From assembly GCF_018977255.1 (NCBI RefSeq), contig NW_024704742.1:5210001-5274000 (forward strand): a DNA stretch of 64,000 nt, read 5' to 3'. The translations under genes and the position numbers were made by a program. Positions 1 through 12,670 of the stretch are shown piece by piece; the first letter of the stretch is position 1, and every line of letters starts with the position of its first letter. The stretch is from Callorhinchus milii. Lineage: Eukaryota. The notes under the pieces are model-generated. The model was given only the letters and a program-made list of their open reading frames with translations, was not told the origin of the DNA and searched no databases.

Positions 1-669
1 ACAATTTCAAAACACATTGCAGCGTTGTTAATTTAATTGAGAAAACTACAATTTTGACTGCTGCAGGTTCTGCAAAACCATTAGAGGGCTTCGGGGTCAA
101 ATGAGCCGCAAAGACAAGAAGGCAAAAACTATACAAAGAGATGGGGGGGACATTTCATAACCAGTCTAAAAGTTCTCAACTGCCTGAAGAATTAAACATC
201 AGGAATGACAATCTCGTTTTGCTTCTGTTGATTATGATTCTGTTGATACGAAATGTAAGTTTTTTTTGCTTGCCATTCGGTCCATGGTTGATTTGTGACT
301 CTCTTTCCCTGATACAGTCAGATTTTGTCCAGGTGACTGACAGTACAGTGACATGATATGTCAGTTCATGCTCAAGTGTCATTCTACATTTGTGCGCACA
401 GCAAGGTTGTCTAAGATGACTTCATATTGGCTTGTTATATATATATATATGATGTATACTATATATAATGTTTATGTGTGTAACATTTAAAATAAAATAA
501 TGCTTGTTTTTTTATATAAACTGTTTATATATGTTGCTTCCATTTTCCAAATACCAATGAGGAATCAGAATATGTGACATTGATTAATTTTACCATTTGC
601 AGCAAACTTAGCTGATTTTGCCGTGAAGTGATGTTCATACCTGTAATCTGGACACACCTGTAATGGGTG

Positions 670-982
670 TAATAATAATAATCCTTTGCATTTGATATAG
701 CGCTTTTTACGTCTTCTAGACGTCTCAAAGCGCTTCACAAAATAAATACACTGTACAATATATGTATATTTGTGGGCAAAATGCGGCAGCCAATTGCGCA
801 CAGCAACGTCCCACAAACAGTCGTGGATTGAAGTGATCAATTTATTATTGTTTTTTTCTTGAGGGATTATTATCAGGCGTGTTGGAGTAAGGAAACTTGC
901 CCAAGGTTTCGCCCTGCCGGGAATCGAACACAGGTCTATCGCTTGCGAGGTGAGTGCTCTAGCCACTGAGCTACAGGACTCC
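670..982 (-). mobile_element. tRNA-derived SINE (Deu-domain body, L2-type tail), short variant
   Basis: Head GGAGTCCTGTAGCTCAGTGG..GTTCGATTCC (A and B boxes), core gctgtgcgcaattggctgccgc, tail (ATT)n. Confidence 0.9.
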
Positions 983-1724
983 ACAAATGTAAACTAATTA
1001 ATGGGCATCAGGAATTGTTGGCAGAACAGACTGGGAGACTGACAGTGGAAAAAGGCCTCTAGTCGTTGAATTATTCATCTACGAAAAGATGTCTCCTGTC
1101 ACGCGTTATTTTTGTTATCTCTGAGTTGAATCCCTAGGGCAGTGTTTGTGTAGGAAGATTGGTATTTCATCTGAACTATGACATTTTATGGAAAGCAGAG
1201 CAACAGAGCTGATTACAAATGATAGTAATTTTATATGGCATTTTTTTTGATGAACCTTGACTTTATATATCAGTTGGCTTTCGAGTTTTATAATATCTTC
1301 TGTGCAATATTTTCCTGCTTAACCTCTCATGCTGAATGATTTTAATAAGATAGTTTGGAAAGTGTTCATGCAGAATTATGTACACATCAGCGCAGAAAGA
1401 ACGCGTCGTTAATTCAAGTCCTATGTATTTCAACCAAGATACATATCGCTCTGTTCGGCTTTCACTCGAAAAATGTTTACATGCGCAATAAATAGTGATA
1501 TCAATAATTAAAATGTTTTTTTATAATTCAAGAGTTTTTATTTCGAGGCAGTGGGATTGATGTGGAAAGTATTAAGAAGCTAGAGTGCAACTGAAACTTG
1601 GCTGGGGATGACAGGGCATGGCTTAATCGTGGGCACTTGTATCTCTGAGTCAGAAGATCGTGGGTTGAAGTCCCGCATCAGAACTTTGAGCTCATAGTCC
1701 AGGCCAGGGATGATTCAACACTCT

Positions 1725-1950
1725 AGCGCAATTGTTAGACGATGTCCCAAGGCATTGAGCAGTAAGGGATCCACACCCGAGCTGGTGGTTGGGATCAGAA
1801 GGGCTGGAAGGGTAGGGGTAGGAGAGTGACATAAGGCACGGTCGAAGAGGAGGGTCTTGAGACGGGTCTTGAAGGAGGCAAGGGAGGGGGCGAGGCGGAG
1901 GGACTGCGGGATGGAGTTCCACAGAGTGGGGGGGAAGAGAGGCTGAAGGC
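1725..1950 (-). mobile_element. L2 3' fragment
   Basis: Reverse complement matches the L2 end (tggaactccatcccgcagtccctccgcctcgccccctccc..ttcaagacccgtctcaagacc). Confidence 0.8.
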
Positions 1951-3419
1951 ATATTTCACTCTACAGTGATTCTTGTGGAGTGCTTTGAGTCATTTTGGCA
2001 ATGTGATAATATGTTATATCAAATGTAAGGCTCATTATTATTGCTAAACACCTTGCTTACATTGCATCGATTGTACAGAAACATATGAATGTACAGACCA
2101 CCATGCTCCAACTGTCAGCCCCAAAGCAAAACAAAAACATTTCTTGTACAACATCTCTTGTAACCCTCGATCTACATTATCCATATCTCTGAGCATTCAA
2201 AAGTACCGTGACCACCTCATTCTTTTCTCCTGTAATATGCTTCACGAGAACTAGAGCTTCAGGGCTGGAGTTATCCTTCTCATTTCGCTCTGCTAAATGC
2301 AATGTCATTAACCATAACAGACTCGCAGCAAATGCAGAGGGAGCTTTAATAAAGACTTCCAAATTATCTTTCTGATTCCATTTAGTGTTAAGAAGTGACA
2401 CAGTTGCTAAGATGGTGTGAACCAGTGAGAAAATGTCAGAGTTGAAAAATCCCAATCTTTAGCCCAGGCGGTGCTGTAGTTAAGGCTTGTTCGCTGCTGC
2501 AATTAGGTCGGAATGGAGCCAGGAGGGTTTTGTTAAGGCGGGGCGGTGGGGGGGGGGGGGGAATTGGCCACAACATGGCAAGGGCAAATGGGGGAAACTC
2601 ATGACATTAAACATGTACACTTGTTTCATTTCCAACCCAATAAATTGGGGAAAGAGATGAAAAGTTGACTTACTTTATATAAAGGGGCAGGTTGGAAAAA
2701 GTCGGAGCTGTGGCAAAAGCGTAATGGCCCCCCCTTCCTTCCTTCTGTGCTGAAAATTTCTGTTGCCATGTGTCGTTCTTGAACGTTGTGCCTAAAGCAA
2801 AGCATCAGCTGTACAGAAGCCAAAGCAAACAAAACATGGTTTAGGCAGCAAAAGCTAACAGGGATATCAAATAGCAGATGCTTGACTGTAAATATGTAAA
2901 TGTATGCAATATCCGATTACAGAGCTCATTGGAAGAACTGGCTTCTGCAGCCCTCTGGAACCTGACTCCCTGTCTACCTTGGCTGCTCTCTCCTTTTGTT
3001 GGCTCCTTAAGTTATGGAATATCTAATAATGAAGCACCCTTGTTCCCTCCTTCATTAATTACTATCACACAGATACAATACCAAACAGTCATTGACAAAT
3101 TGTTGTCTCCAAACCTTAACTTTTCTTACCAGATCTTACGGAAAGCAGCTTCAGAATTAAAGCAGCTTCAAAATGATACGCCTTCAAGAGTTTGCCAAAT
3201 TCTGTGTGTTCTGAAACGCCACAGAGAGGAAATCGAGTTCCAGGAGGACTTTCTCTCCAAAAGTGGAAGAACCGTCAAATACAAACAATTACATAATCAT
3301 CTGGAATAAGAACATAAGAATTGCTAGGTGAAAGAAGGACAAGGTCCATCCAGTTTGCCTTCCACCATCCTGGCAGTCGCATGACATGCCGTGTCTCAAA
3401 CTATATATTGTAATCATTA

Positions 3420-3741
3420 TAATAATAATAATAATCCTTGCATTTGATATAGCGCTTTTCACGTCGGGAGGACGTCCCAAAGCGCTTCACAGAATATACT
3501 GTAAAGTGAATTGACTGTATATTTGTGGGCGAACGCGGCAGTCAATTGCGCACAGCAGTGTCCCACAAACAGTCGTAGATTGAAAATGACCAATTTATTA
3601 TTGTTTTTTTGTTTTGGAGGGATTATTATTAGGCTCTGTGTGGAGTAAGGAAACTTGCCCAAGGTTTCGCCCTCTGCCTGGAATTGAACTCAGGTTTCTC
3701 ACTTGCAAAGCGAGTGCTCTAACCACTGAGCTACAGGACTC
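3420..3741 (-). mobile_element. tRNA-derived SINE, young short subfamily
   Basis: Nearly identical to 45071-45394. Confidence 0.92.
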
Positions 3742-3785
3742 ATTGATTCTTTGTTGCTTGATTCAAGGCACTTGTACCCTGCTTA

Positions 3786-3841
3786 GTTGTTTCGATCAGC
3801 AAGGTATCTGAGACTCGGAAACCCATCGCCATGATTAAGAA
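3786..3841 (-). mobile_element. 3'-terminal stub of the same unclassified element
   Basis: tcagcaaggtatctg..cggaaacccatcgccatgattaaga matches tcagccaggtgtctg..cggaaacccatcaccgtgattaaga at 16821-16868. Confidence 0.65.
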
Positions 3842-3929
3842 TTCGCACACAGCAATATCCCACAAACAGACCTAAAATGAATGATTGAATACAGTGCAAG
3901 CCACTTTACCTGGTTAAAACCAAGTGGCT

Positions 3930-4250
3930 AGAGTTGGGCTGTCAATCAATGAGGGGTTGGAGGAACGGGGCAGAAACAAGGGAGGGGAATGGGCGGGTCA
4001 AATCACGATTGATTGACAGCTGGAGCCACTTGTGGGTGGAGCCCATCCATTCACAAGAGGCTCCAAGGCCGTCAATCACTTCGGAGCCGGCACTAATTGG
4101 TCCGTTTCCCCATTCAATGGGAGCGGCAATTGGGAGGGAGGAGGTGCTGCGGCAGGAAGAGGTCACGGAACTTCGGTTAACCTCGGATGCTGCTTAAGCC
4201 GGACAAAATGGCCGGCTTCGATGTGACCGACGTAACCGGCTTCCGCTGTA
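3930..4250. promoter_or_regulatory. Orphan promoter/enhancer-like island
   Basis: TGATTGAC(A/G)G decamers at 3939-3948(-), 4010-4019(+) and 4069-4078(-); GC box GGGCGG at 3991; two ATTGG; a YY1-like CAAAATGGC; locally raised CpG. Confidence 0.5.
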
Positions 4251-5772
4251 TATATTGTTGGCCAGGAAGCTGGGACATTATATTCAAGTAATTCAATGGC
4301 TTCTTTGACGTCCAGTGCAACAGGCAGATAGGGCCTCGGTTTATCATCTCATCCAAAGGACAGGCCCCCCCTCTGAACAATGCAGAACACCCTCAACAAT
4401 GTACTGTTTGTCAGACCATGAGCTCAAAATCCTGATGCGGGGCCCAGAACCCACAGCTTTTGAGAGTGCTCCCAATACAACTAATCTGACATCTATCTTC
4501 AGTTTCTTCTCATCTCCCCAATTTCTTTTGCCCTAAAGTGGCTCACTTGTCAAACCAAATCAGCAGGTTCAGGTTTTATCCCCACAACAGATTTTGAGCG
4601 TACAGTTAGCCCGATGTTTCAGTGCAATACTGGGGTAGAGCTGCTTTTCCTGTACCCTCCTTTGGATGAGATGGTAAACTGAGATACATTCAGGTGGATG
4701 TCTATTTCAAAGAACTTGCGGAGGTTTTTCAGTACCCCGGGAAATACTCTTCCCTCATCAATATTCATTCAAGGTTTGAACGTAATCGTTCATCTCGTGT
4801 AGGAATTTGCTGGCGGGTTTCCCTATAAGACAACAGTGCAAACACTTCAAAGTAATTAATTCTGTAAAATGTTTTCTAATGTGGAAAAGTAGCATATCAA
4901 GGGCTGGTATTCTATTTTATTAGATTAACACTTTGGCCTTAGGCCTTAATAAAATATCAGGTTTAACTATATAATGATTACGAGAGCTCAGGATTCATCC
5001 ACTACCAACTTACTAATGAGTTCTGCTATAATGCTAAACATTAAATCTAGCACAGCATACGCTCTATTACTCTGCCACACATTAATTGTATGAAATTGCT
5101 TGTACTTTCAGAAATCCCTGGTGCACCCACCTGATATTCTTGGATATTAAAATACTCTTACGATTATGATAAATATAAATACACTGTTACATAATATTTT
5201 ATCTACAGAAGGTTATTAGGAGCTTTAATGGATTTTTTTTTACTGACTGTCAACGTAAATACCAGTTTATTTTTTAGTCAGGTCGATTTCATCTTTTGGC
5301 ACTTGTTTTATACATACATAAGCTGCATTCGCCTGTTCAAGTGGATATTAATGATCCCTATTACAAAAAGGGAACGGAGTTTCTTCTGCTGTCCTGGTCA
5401 ACAATCCCCCAAATAAAATAGGTCATTCACTTCATGGCTGTTTGTCAATGCAAATTGGCTACCGTGTGTGTTGTCCTACAAATACCCGGTCACTATGCTT
5501 AACACTTAATCTCGTGAAGTTGCTTTGAGACCTTCACTATATCAATTGGAAGGTTTATTATTATGTGAGTAGAAAATGGAAGTGGAACTGGGAAATTGAG
5601 CTCGGAAATGGAACGTCTTGGGTATTCAGTATCAGATTCAAGCACTCCCAAACTAGGTACTGCATGGTTAGGAAAAGTTTACTTTGCTCTGCTCCAAAAA
5701 ATGAAATATTTCTCACCATGAACTGCTAAAAATAGTGGGTTGGGGGTTGCTCAGTGGAAATTAATGGAAATC

Positions 5773-6050
5773 AACAACAACAACAACAAATGACACTTGT
5801 ATATCACATTTCACATCAGAAAGATGACAATCAGGGTTTTTTGGACCCGAGCTGGGAGTTGGGGTCAGGAGGGTGGGGGAGGGCAATGGTTGGAGGCGGG
5901 ACAGTGGCCGAAGGCCGGAGGCAAGAGAGGGGGTGAGGCGGAGGGATTGCGGGATAGAGTTCCAGAGTGTGCGGGCAGAGATGCTGAATGCCCGACCGCC
6001 AATGGTGGGGCGGGAAGTGCGGTGGGGACTTGTCTGCCAAGCGGAGGGAG
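5773..6050 (-). mobile_element. L2 3' fragment
   Basis: RPTIGGRAFSISARTLWNSIPQSLRL on the - strand; (CAA)n tail. Confidence 0.85.
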
Positions 6051-7330
6051 CGGAAATCAGACACTTTTCTATTTCAGGTGACATCTTTAAATACGATTAA
6101 CTTTTTTTATTGATCAGAACAAACTATTTGGGGATTTTTCCAATCCAATTGCAATGATTATTATACAGAACGACGGCACTAAAGAAAGCTCACTCGTCTT
6201 CAGAGATATGTCTGAGCTGCTGTTTTGTAATGAACTATACAGCAATGATAGCCGATTATCAATGCCACTCACAACACTGATACCAACAAAACACACACTG
6301 GCAGATGTCTCTCGGCAACAATGAGTGCAACAGAATATACTGTTCAACTTAGTGTCTAGACCTTAATATCGACTTATCTGCTCCTGTACCCACTTATGTT
6401 CTTCCTCCTATCACAATGTATAGATTCAGGTTTACACTCAAACACAGAGCCTACTAAATATTGCACAATATTGTAAGAATATGGAATAGATTGTTTTAGA
6501 AGTCCATATATACAGTGTGAATCAAGACTTTCAAGGTTAAACAGGCGGGCGGGCAGGCAAACAGATGTAATGGCGAAACAAGCTGAATGGTCTACTTCTC
6601 TTATTGCTAAATTCAGGCCAGTTTTGTTTTGTTAACCTACACTCGCTCAGAAGTGGAATGACACCGGGTGAACTGATTTTGCTATGAACCTTTAAAACTA
6701 TCTGAAAGAAGACACTTTTATCCCGTACATCTGTGCTGATTTGAACCCATGTCCCAGGAGTAATGATCATACAGTACAACAATGGTTTTGAGGTATTCTG
6801 AATAGCAACACAAAGAAATGTTCAATGTGAATTTTAACAATGCATATCTATAATTTTATCACAATGTAATCCTGTTGAGAAACTTTTAGTTATGCTTTCA
6901 GAGGTACAGTCAGGATTTATATCACTATTACAACATATGATGTCTCTCTACCTTGGGACCTGCACACATGTTTATTTTAAACACAAAATGGTCCAGGCAG
7001 GCTCTGGGCAATAAATCATTAAACAATTCCTTTAAATGATTTGTAGGTGGATTTGAATCTGGTCTCTGATCACTGGTCCCTTCCAAAGTTCTTAGTTGGC
7101 AAAGGAACCTTAAAGCATTTCTGTCAGCAACTGAGCTAAGCCTGAAAGTAGCAGGATTTAACATACTGCAGATGCATAGGCCATTTCTGTATGCCCTATG
7201 TCAGTGAGAAACATAAGGAGAAATAGTGCTCAGAATGAAGAACATGCTAGCAGTTGATGCCAATAGTTTCTGGTGTAAGAGCATGCAGGAAGCTAAGGGG
7301 AAGAGCTGATGCAGGCAGACAGCTTGGATG

Positions 7331-7560
7331 TAATAATAATAATCCTTGCATTTGATATATCACGTCTTCAAGACGTCTCAAAGCGCTTCACAGAGTATAC
7401 TGTAAAGTGAATTGACTGTATATTTTGTGGGCGAAATGTGGCAGCCAATTGCGCACAGCAGCGTCCCACAAACGGTCGTGGATTGAGTGACCCAATTATT
7501 TTTATTTATTTTGAAGGAATTAGTACCCCTGGAAAATCGATCTGCAATCGACTAACAACC
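7331..7560 (-). mobile_element. tRNA-derived SINE, 5'-truncated long variant
   Basis: Core and tail of the family. Confidence 0.85.
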
Positions 7561-8602
7561 AGGTAATATAAGCAGAAACTGAGAAAAAATGTACTGGAGA
7601 ATAAGTCAGCCGTAAAGCAGTGACAGGTTTGTTTCTTTGGTGCATTTGTCTGAAGAAAATATTGTGTGCTGGTGTTTTTTTTATTTTGCACAATGCAGAA
7701 AAACAAAAGTTAGAGGTGGGAGGAAGTCAGTCAGTCTTGAATGGAATGTCACATTTTTGTGAACAATGAACACGTCAATATATCAACAAGCAAAAATATT
7801 GACCAAGAAAGCCAAAAAGGAAATAGCTCATATATTGGCTTAAAAACATAATTGGACAATTCAAGCTAAAGTAATTGGCAAGGATAATACCAATTCTGTG
7901 TCAAAATGTGTTGCCGGTTCATATAAAGCACAGCTGCGTGGTGTGTTGTCTCGTTCATAATGTAAAAACATCCGTCAGCAAAATATAAGCATTCTTGAAG
8001 CCCTTAACTTTCGTGTCGAGAATTGCTGTGATTTCAAGTAAATGATTTGAAAGTTCGTGCCCCTCTGACTTCGGCGTCAGTCTTATAATACAAATATACA
8101 GCTTCATTAATGCTTCAAAGTCTAATAAATGTCAACTGTTTCTTGTATCTTCTCAGATATGTTCACCGTATATAGCATGGAATTGCTTTCAAAGTTTCTG
8201 GAATGGTGCATTTTGGATGGAGAAGGCAATGTGTTGGCCTATGAGAATGACAGTGAGACTTCTTTACCCAAAGCTTCCAAAGAGTCCGAAAAGAGGTGGT
8301 TGTGGTGCATAACCTCGGAGGAAATAGTCTGAAGGCTCTACCCCAGGAGACAAGGGCACACACAAGACAAAGAGAAAACTCTCAACATTGGGAGGACATC
8401 TCAAAGTGCTTCACACAGCTGGAACTGGGTGGTCAATGTCTCAGTTGAAAAGACAGATAACTTTGAAGGAAGGAGGTGGCAAAATGGAGATATTCAGGGA
8501 CAAAGTTCCAAAGAGAGCAGAATAGCTGAAGGCTCATCGGGACCATTGTTGTGTTGTTCTCTTTGGAAAAGAGGAGATGTTGAGGTGATCGAATTGATTT
8601 TT

Positions 8603-8997
8603 GAGTTCCCCAGCGTAGTGGATAGTGCGCTAGTGAGAGTACCTGGGTTCGATTCCCAGTGGGGGGGGGGGGGAGATGGGTGGTGGGGGCGAAAACCTAT
8701 GCAAGTGTTCTTGCTCCACACACCTTTGTTTACCAGCCTTAAGTAGGAACCCGGTTGTTAGTCGATCGGTGGATCGCTTTTCTAACGTAATAATCCCTTC
8801 AAAATAATAACAAGTAACCAATAATAATAATTTGGTCACTCAATCCACTGCTTGTGGGATTCTGTTGTGTGCAATTGGCTGCCGCGTTTCGCCCACAAAA
8901 TATGCAATCAATTCACTTTACAGTATAGTCTGTGAAGCGCTTTGAGACGTCTTGAAGACATGATAAGGCGCTGTATCAAATGCAAGGGTTATTATAT
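8603..8997 (+). mobile_element. tRNA-derived SINE, long variant
   Basis: Degenerate head, middle segment aagtaggaacccggttgttagtcgat, core and tail. Confidence 0.85.
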
Positions 8998-10354
8998 ATC
9001 ATCCTTTTCCATTTATTTTCATCGGTGGTGGACAGATAAGCAATGAAGCTCATTGACGGTTTGCTGTGAAGGCAGTTAGACAGGAAATGAGAAGTGCTCA
9101 GGCATTGCTGAACAGAGACTATTAAAGCTGTTTCTGAGATGGGTTTTGCCTGCGAGTCTCTTCATCCCAGCACACCTGTAAGTTTACAACTAAAGTAATG
9201 GGAGGTGACTGTTGGTTAACCAGATTCACTCCCACGGATCTGAATAGCTTCTGCTCTTCTGAAGCTCAGTGGTTTCACGCCCCATTTTATTCCAGTCTGC
9301 AATCTGCATCTAAGAGGAAATGTTCCTTTAGCGTTACATGAGTCATTCCTCAGGCTGCAGAGATACATTTCAGTTAAGTAATGATATCAATGATGTGCTG
9401 CATAATTTCGCCTTGGCAGAAAGAATTGTATTTTGCAGTAGAGCTGTCACTGTTGCGCTAATGCAAAAATATAGCTCATCCTATTAGAACATGTGACCAG
9501 TGCTCCCCTGTGAACTTATTCCAGTTAAACAGCAATAATACAGTTCCCAGGTTTGATTCTTAGTCTGTGCGATCAACGCAACTAAAAATACCCTTGAAAG
9601 AATTAAATGTAAGATTGGTCCTTAATTGCCTACCATCAAATAGCTGTTATGTTCCTCATGCCTATGATGTAGATCAGATGCAATTAAACCTAACAGAGGA
9701 AGATAGAAGAGAAAGCAAGGGCAGAGACGAAAAAAAGCAATCTATGAATAAACCATGGTTTACTTGTGTAAATCCATCTTCTGAGGTTGTCTGTTGGGAT
9801 TTACATTCAGATTAAATGTATCCTTAAATGCAATTGCTCGATATTCATTTGACTTTGCCAAACAAATTACTAGCTATTGTCAGATTTCCTTCACATTACA
9901 TTAGTGTCATGCTGTATTTCTTTTTCTTGGGGATCCTTGTAAACTGTGTTTGTTTTAATTATGTATAAAATGCATTTTATCCCCATTCTTTTACGTTCTT
10001 CTACCTTTCCAGTAAGATATTTATGCGGTATCATATCAGCTCAGGTTAACGTTAATGCTTTTCCTTTGTCAAGGATTTAACCAGTTGTTAGTTGTTGACT
10101 GAAACATCGATTTGACAAAGGTAAAGAGTTACAGCTAATCTGATCTGATGTCATAGTTTCCCATGTTTGGTGTAGAAACGTAAATCCACAAAATAGTTAT
10201 TTTCACTTGTTAAAGCTTTTTTTTCCTAGTGTAATTTCACTTCCGTCCTCCCCGTATTGCATTGGGTAGAATTCCGTTGGCATTGGTTGCCTCAATGCCT
10301 ATTCCAAGTGATAATTCTTCAAGTATTAGCCCAGGCATTGAAAGTCGGCGATGT

Positions 10355-10735
10355 CATCCGCAGACACTGGATAGACTTCCAGCTGCAACTCCCAGTCCGC
10401 CAGTGTTCTGTCAGCTTGTCTGACAGACATCAAGACCTGGATGTGCGCAAACTTCCTGCAGCTGAAACATTGTCAAGACAAAGCCGTACTCTTTGGCTCC
10501 CGTCAATGCCTTTTGTCCTGCAGTTCAGACCTCCGCGCCCTACCCAATCTCTCCCTAAGACTCACCAAATCCGTGCGCAACTTAGGCTTTCCTCCACCTC
10601 CGCCACATCTGTACCTCACTACAGAAACTGCTGAGACCCTCGTCCACGCCTTCGGCAACTCCCGCCTTGACTACTCAAACGCCCTCCTCGCTGGACTCCC
10701 CGCTCCACTATTCGCAGAATTCAACTCTCTTTATG
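10355..10735 (+). mobile_element. L2 ORF2 fragment
   Basis: AETLVHAFGNSRLDYSNALLAGLP, an L2 RT C-terminal motif. Confidence 0.8.
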
Positions 10736-12109
10736 CTTCCTCTTGCTGATACTCCACCTCACATCCTTTGGATGAAACGTTCAACAGAGGTCCTGTCTGC
10801 CTGTTCAAACAGACTTCAAGGATCGGGACTATTCAAATACATTGGCGTAAATTGGCTTCTGCATTAGCCCACAAAACATGCAATCATCCCACTTGTAATT
10901 CATTGCCACAGATCTATCCTCTTCTAATTGCAGTCCTACAAGCTTTGATATGTCTCGACGATGTGATAAGGCACTACATCATATGCAAGGATTATTATTA
11001 CTATTACTCTCAACTCTTTCTTTTTCTGTTTTTGTCCCTTGCTTCTTTCTTTTTCGGTCTCGTTCTCTTTCCTGAAGAGTTTTACTTTGTGTTTCATAGG
11101 GTGCCAGTACTTTTAAGGACAATGATGATTCCCCTCTAGTCACGTGTTGTGGTTTGCTTTTATAAAGCAGATTCACTGCTTGCCAATTCTTTTGATGTCT
11201 TTACTATGTTTCCTCCGAGCAGCCCTATCCCTTTGGGTTTGGGACATGGCATTGATTGTATATCCAGTTAAAACAGTGAAAGAGCCTGCAGTGAGAAAGA
11301 CTGCCTCGTACTTAACCAGTCAGCCATTTATGCACCTTCCATCTCAACGGGAAGAGGGTAATAGATCTGGAGCAATGAACTACAAGGGAGAAATCCAATG
11401 AAGCAGTTCTGAGGTATGTCATAAACTGTGAATATTAATTACAGGATTTGTGATGCCAACTGAGAGGTAATAAAAATGAGAAACACATGGAAGCTGAAGA
11501 CATGTTTCACTTATATAATACCTTTCACGTAGGATGACCATCTCAAAATATATCACAATGACAATGAGAATCACCAAGCTCAACATATTACTATAAAGGC
11601 ACAGTCAAAAGAATATATGTTTTACTCTGTGTCGTAGAACACTGGTTTCTATATCCCAACTATCTGCATGCCCATCTCTTCACATCAGGATCCAATACAG
11701 AAGTCAAGTCAATAATTTTGTTTACTTGCACACGAGATATCTTGGATCATGATTTTAATGGGGGAAGATTGAAGTGGCAATGTGAAGTGGAGAAATCTGA
11801 TCCAGATAAGAACGAGATTAGACAGAAAGATACTGGCATATACAGTATATACAGACGTACGAACATGCAGAGATCCTTTATCTGAACTGTTTTCAAATCT
11901 GTAATGGGGAAGGTCCCAATTACCGAAGTTCAAATCTTGCTGCCTGCTGTAGTGTATTTTAATTGTGTCATTGGGCTCACAATTAGTTGAAATCCGATTG
12001 TGAAACCTGACCCTCTAAAACTCAAATGAAACTAGAGAAAGAAAGATGTGCACTTTTATAAGCTAAAACATCCCCACTAAAGGCTTTAGTTATTTGGAGG
12101 CAAATTGGT

Positions 12110-12670
12110 AGTGGTGTTGGATACATCCTAGAAATTAATGGAAATTTATTCTCCACTTCAGAGCAGTGGGAGAGATTCACAGCAAAAGCATAAGTTAATA
12201 TTGAGCCAATTAATTCTCTCAATTCTCTCAAAAGGGCACTTGAAAAATATCTAGTTGGGAATGGAATAGGAGCAGAGAAGATTGAGGGGTGATATGACAG
12301 AGGTGATTAAAATAATAGTGAAAAGCCCTTTCCATTGACGGTGGTCCAAGAACAAGATGGGAATGAATTCAAGATTCTTGACAAGGGGAGTGAAAGGAGG
12401 GGCTCGGAAGTACTTCTCCCAGTGTGTCAGGACAAGGAATGATTTGCCAGGGCAGGGGTTAATGCAAAATTGTTGTGGAATTTCTAAAAACATTGGACAA
12501 ACTCATGGAGAGGAAGGTACTGGAAGCTGAGAAAAAAGAGCAGGGGATTGAGATGAAAATATATGGAAAGCTTCTCAGGAAAGCAAACATCAGTACAAAA
12601 CAATGAGCTGAATTGCCTCCTACTGGGTTGATCATTTCTGTGACTCTGTAGCTCTATGGTCCTACGGATT
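12110..12670 (+). mobile_element. Degenerate CR1 3' fragment
   Basis: gagaagattgaggggtgatatgacagaggtgattaaaataat and a terminal gctgaattgcctcctact..ctatggtcctacg typical of CR1 ends. Confidence 0.65.

Noticed and set aside
8158..8332. Exon-like open segment after tcttctcag (and similar at about 16020 and 29159)
   Set aside because: No recognisable homology or consistent partner exons; cannot be distinguished from chance
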